DNA from: Intoshia linei
Taxonomy: Eukaryota; Animalia; Orthonectida
NCBI GenBank assembly: GCA_001642005.1
Contig: LWCA01000207.1
Location: 1-40,190 of the forward strand
Reading direction: 5' to 3'
DNA length: 40,190 nucleotides
Of this stretch, positions 36,931 through 40,190 are shown piece by piece (the first letter of the stretch is position 1; each line of letters starts with the position of its first letter). The notes below the pieces were generated by a model. It ran no database searches. It was not told the origin of the DNA and saw nothing but the letters and a program-made list of their open reading frames with translations. A program made the position numbers and the translations under genes.

Positions 36931-37155
36931 TATTATAGAGCATGGGTTTTCAAATTTAACTTTAAGATGTAACAAATACTCTAAAATTGAGTTTATTTTA
37001 ATTTACATGTTAATCTGTATAATGAAATTATGACTTTCTCACGAAATGTATCCTTGAAAAACAAAATAACTACCATTTCAGCAATACAATAATGGATAAA
37101 ACAATTTAAAGGCGATTAAAATTGTGTCAAATTAGTATCCAAGTATTCTAAAACA

Positions 37156-37528
37156 ATGTACGAATCTGAATCCAACAATTCAGGAAAATTAGTAAAAATA
37201 TTTTATGGACCCTATGAAAATTTTGGTATAATTGGTTACAGCGTAAATCGTCTAATTGGAATGAAAAGTAATAAATTAAAAATTAAACAAAACCATTAAA
37301 AAATTAGAATTGCTTTTGAAGAACCTCCATAAAGTAAAATTCATAAAATCACCAAAAATAAACGAAATATTGGTACAAGTAAATGGAGAAATTATATATA
37401 ATTGTGATATACGGGACTTAGATTTTGGTAAGCAAAAATTTACCATTAATACAAAAAATTCAGGTGGAGACGGCCAATTGGATGAAAACTGCAAGAAAGT
37501 CGTTTCAGCAGTAGAAAATGCTTATTAA
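37156..37528 (+). CDS. C10orf53: UPF0728 family protein (C10orf53 homologue); exons 37156-37267, 37308-37427, 37464-37528
   Basis: VKIFYGPY...RLIGMK...VNGEIIYNCDIRDLDFGGDGQLDENCKKVVSAVENAY matches the UPF0728 pattern once the 40- and 36-nt introns are removed. Confidence 0.88.
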
Positions 37529-37555
37529 TTCCCGTAATAATGAATAAGATAAAAT

Positions 37556-38751
37556 TTAATCTTCTTTGTCTTTATCTACATTTCTGTTTTTTACACGAAT
37601 TTTAGTTTCTAAATTTTCAAATTCATCCTTAGCAATTTGATCAGATTCGTCAAAAACTTCTTCAACCGAGAGTACTTCAGGTATGTAATATTGAATCATA
37701 TTTTGAATTCCACTTTTAAGGGTTATTGATGAACTGGGGCAATTAGAACAGGCTCCCTGTAATTTCAATTTTATTACTCCATTGGAATAGCCCTATTAAA
37801 TGAATTAAAATCATGATCATAAATTACTCTATATTCAATATCTCCGCCGTCTTCTTGGACAGTAGGTCTAATGCGAGAATCCAATAATTCATTTATCATT
37901 TCAATGACTTCAGCATCGCTTTCGTTATCAGTGGAAACTACATTATAATTGTCATTATTTGGTATTTAGAAATAATAAGTTAGCAAATAAACTTTTTTTT
38001 GAACCCTCAACTTTGTCAAAATTTACAATGGGTAGATTGGACGAGAGATAGTCCATTATATTGCCAAAAATTATACTTTTCAGCTCTGACCATTCAACAT
38101 CTTCGACCTAATATAAAATGATGAAAAAAATTTTAATTTACCTTAGTTATTGTCACAAAATCAGTGCCAAGAAAAACGCCTTTTACCCCTTTGATACTAA
38201 ATAAATTTCTGAAAAAATTAGTTTAAATTAGAAAAAACTATGTGATTTCCAAACATTTAACAAGTATTTTACCCGTGTCATTCTTTTAAATTAAAGTGTT
38301 TGTTTAAAATATCAATCAAAAGGAACCGTTCTTTTAATAATTTATACATAATAATCATAAGGCTCAAATTTGAATACAAAAAATGTTATTTTTGTGGATA
38401 TTACTTTTTATGACAGTTTGGAAACCATCTAAATAAATAACGTTCGACTTACCTAGCAAAAGGTGAGTTTATAGCAGATTCTAAAGTTGGAAAATCCATA
38501 GTTGACATTTTATCATTTTGGAGAATATTCTTTCCAGGCAAAAATTTTAAAGAATGTGGATTTGGCGTATTTTGAACCTGTATAAATGTACGCACTAAAT
38601 CAACGTAAAACAAAAAAAATCATTTCGTACCCGAGTTTATAGGTGTGGGTTTAATTTTTAAAATAAATTTATCCTTTCCAACTTTTGTGTAGCTTCTACA
38701 TGATGATGTTATCAAACATGATTTTTGTAATAAATTTACAATTCTAAGCAT
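37556..38751 (-). CDS. NFU1: NFU1 mitochondrial Fe-S cluster scaffold, 6 exons
   Basis: Presequence-like N-terminus, [74 protein letters not shown] (CxxC). Confidence 0.95.
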
Positions 38752-38913
38752 TTAATACGAAAACAACTTTATTAATTATAAATTGCATAAATTTTTTGTT
38801 TCAAATGATTAATTATTTTGTTTATTAATATTTAAACAATTGCATCAAATAAATTTCACAATATTGTTATTGCGTAATTATTTGATAATTAATATTTGAG
38901 GTGACAAGTACAT

Positions 38914-40190
38914 TAGGGTGTCACATCAAATATTTTTTTTAAGAAATTCAAAAACATACCCAGTAGATTAGATGTAATTTGATAAAAAAATGACAATCAA
39001 TGACTAATTCTGAAAAATACTCATCAATGACTCAGCGTTGATCAATTAAGTAATTAACAAAAAACCTAAATTTAAGTTTGTTTTCATGTTTTTCTTAATT
39101 TTTTTTACAAAAACTTAAATTCATGCTTCGTTTGTGTTGAAAATTTAATAATGTTTGTATATTTTAATAAATAATGTTAATCTGCGTCATGTACCATTGA
39201 CGTTGTATTATTTGATAAGAATTTATAAAGATTTGTATTCAGATTTAATAGTAAAATACAATTAATTATCGATAATAGATAACAATAAAGTATGATGAAC
39301 ATATCTTTATTGTAATATATTACAGACGTTATTCTATAATATGAAAAAAAAATTTTTCAAATTATAGCTATATTTATCATTTTGTTTTGGTGTTTGTGGT
39401 GAGTTAAATGTAGAAATTTGTCTATCATTTCAAAAATTTTAGTCTACTTTTATAAGAGACTTAAGATTGTCATAATCCAACCAAAATTTTATATATCTTC
39501 AACGCAATATACCAACAAAATAAAAGATTTTATAAATTTTAACCCAAAAAATATTATAAACGGGAATGTAATTAATCCAAGCATTTATAAAAAATGTATT
39601 AAAAATCATCACTGTATTTTGAATTTCTTCTTATTTTGTTTACAAATTTAATGATCGTTTATATTTTTGTAATGCTTTTTCAGCGGTATCGGTTACAATT
39701 TTATACTTCATTGGTTAATTCTTTATTTTCGTAATATCGTTATAATATCTATTCCCATAATATTTAATTTATCAGAAGTGCCAAATGTAATTTTGAAAAC
39801 ATTTCCTATGATAATTTTCATGATATTCTATTATTTCTTGATCAAAATGACGTTTAATAAATTGTACAAATCCATAATGATAATACCACATAATGGTGCA
39901 ACGGTAAATAAAATCGAAAATGGTATATTGTCAAAACTAAACATACATAAAAATTTATAATTTATCTTGTATCATCTATTATTATGATGAAATTTACTAT
40001 GGAGTAGGCTTAAATACGACAATTTATACGGATTAATAAATAATATTAATACGCATTAACGTTTTGACCTAAGTTACACATAATTTTACTTAAAAATATA
40101 AACGAGAATTAACTTTCTCCACAATATAATACGAACTTAAAAATATAGTCACGGTTTTAAATAAATTTTAACAAAATACTTTGAATAATT
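38914..40190 (-). mobile_element. Degenerate hATm-type transposon (3' part; continues off window)
   Basis: Terminus tagggtgtcac at 38914. Minus-strand trace KIVTDTAEKALQ...TK*EEIQ resembles the VVNDxAERGV C-terminal motif. Confidence 0.55.

Noticed and set aside
39418-39960. Plus-strand ORFs 39418-39651 and 39778-39960
   Set aside because: Low-complexity ORFs with non-ATG starts, antisense to a decayed transposase.
1-40190. CRISPR array, prokaryotic operon or defence system
   Set aside because: No regularly spaced repeat-spacer units; the genes are intron-containing eukaryotic genes.
1-40190. Non-standard genetic code or stop readthrough explaining the fragmented ORFs
   Set aside because: GT-AG introns restore the frames under the standard code; internal stops are confined to TE relics and one duplicate ORF.

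Overview
Very AT-rich eukaryotic genomic DNA with an animal-like gene set; it is not prokaryotic, and no CRISPR array, rRNA or tRNA was seen. Spliced host genes have mostly 34-41 nt GT-AG micro-introns plus a few long, transposon-filled introns. Genes, left to right: MYST acetyltransferase (KAT8/KAT5-like, -), a two-exon orphan (-), a multi-exon Cys-rich repeat gene missed by the ORF track (-), TEX10/Ipi1 (-), Elongin B (+), SRSF2/SC35-like (+), FAXDC2-like hydroxylase (-), NADH-cytochrome b5 reductase (-), UPF0728/C10orf53 (+) and NFU1 (-). Much of the rest is DNA-transposon debris: three hATm-type relics (one with both TIRs and an 8-bp TSD), Buster-type hAT MITEs with 8-bp TSDs, an internally deleted Tigger/pogo, Tc1/IS630 relics, and a multi-copy Helitron-like family. 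Best leads: (1) the one-repeat-per-exon Cys-rich gene bracketed by inverted hAT arms; (2) an inverted mini-gene duplication with a hAT at its centre between divergent TEX10 and ELOB; (3) a candidate poison exon and alternative last exon in SRSF2; (4) the adjacent, co-oriented CYB5R-FAXDC2 pair. A compact parasitic invertebrate (e.g. orthonectid-like) is only a guess. All exon models were read by hand and have no transcript support.
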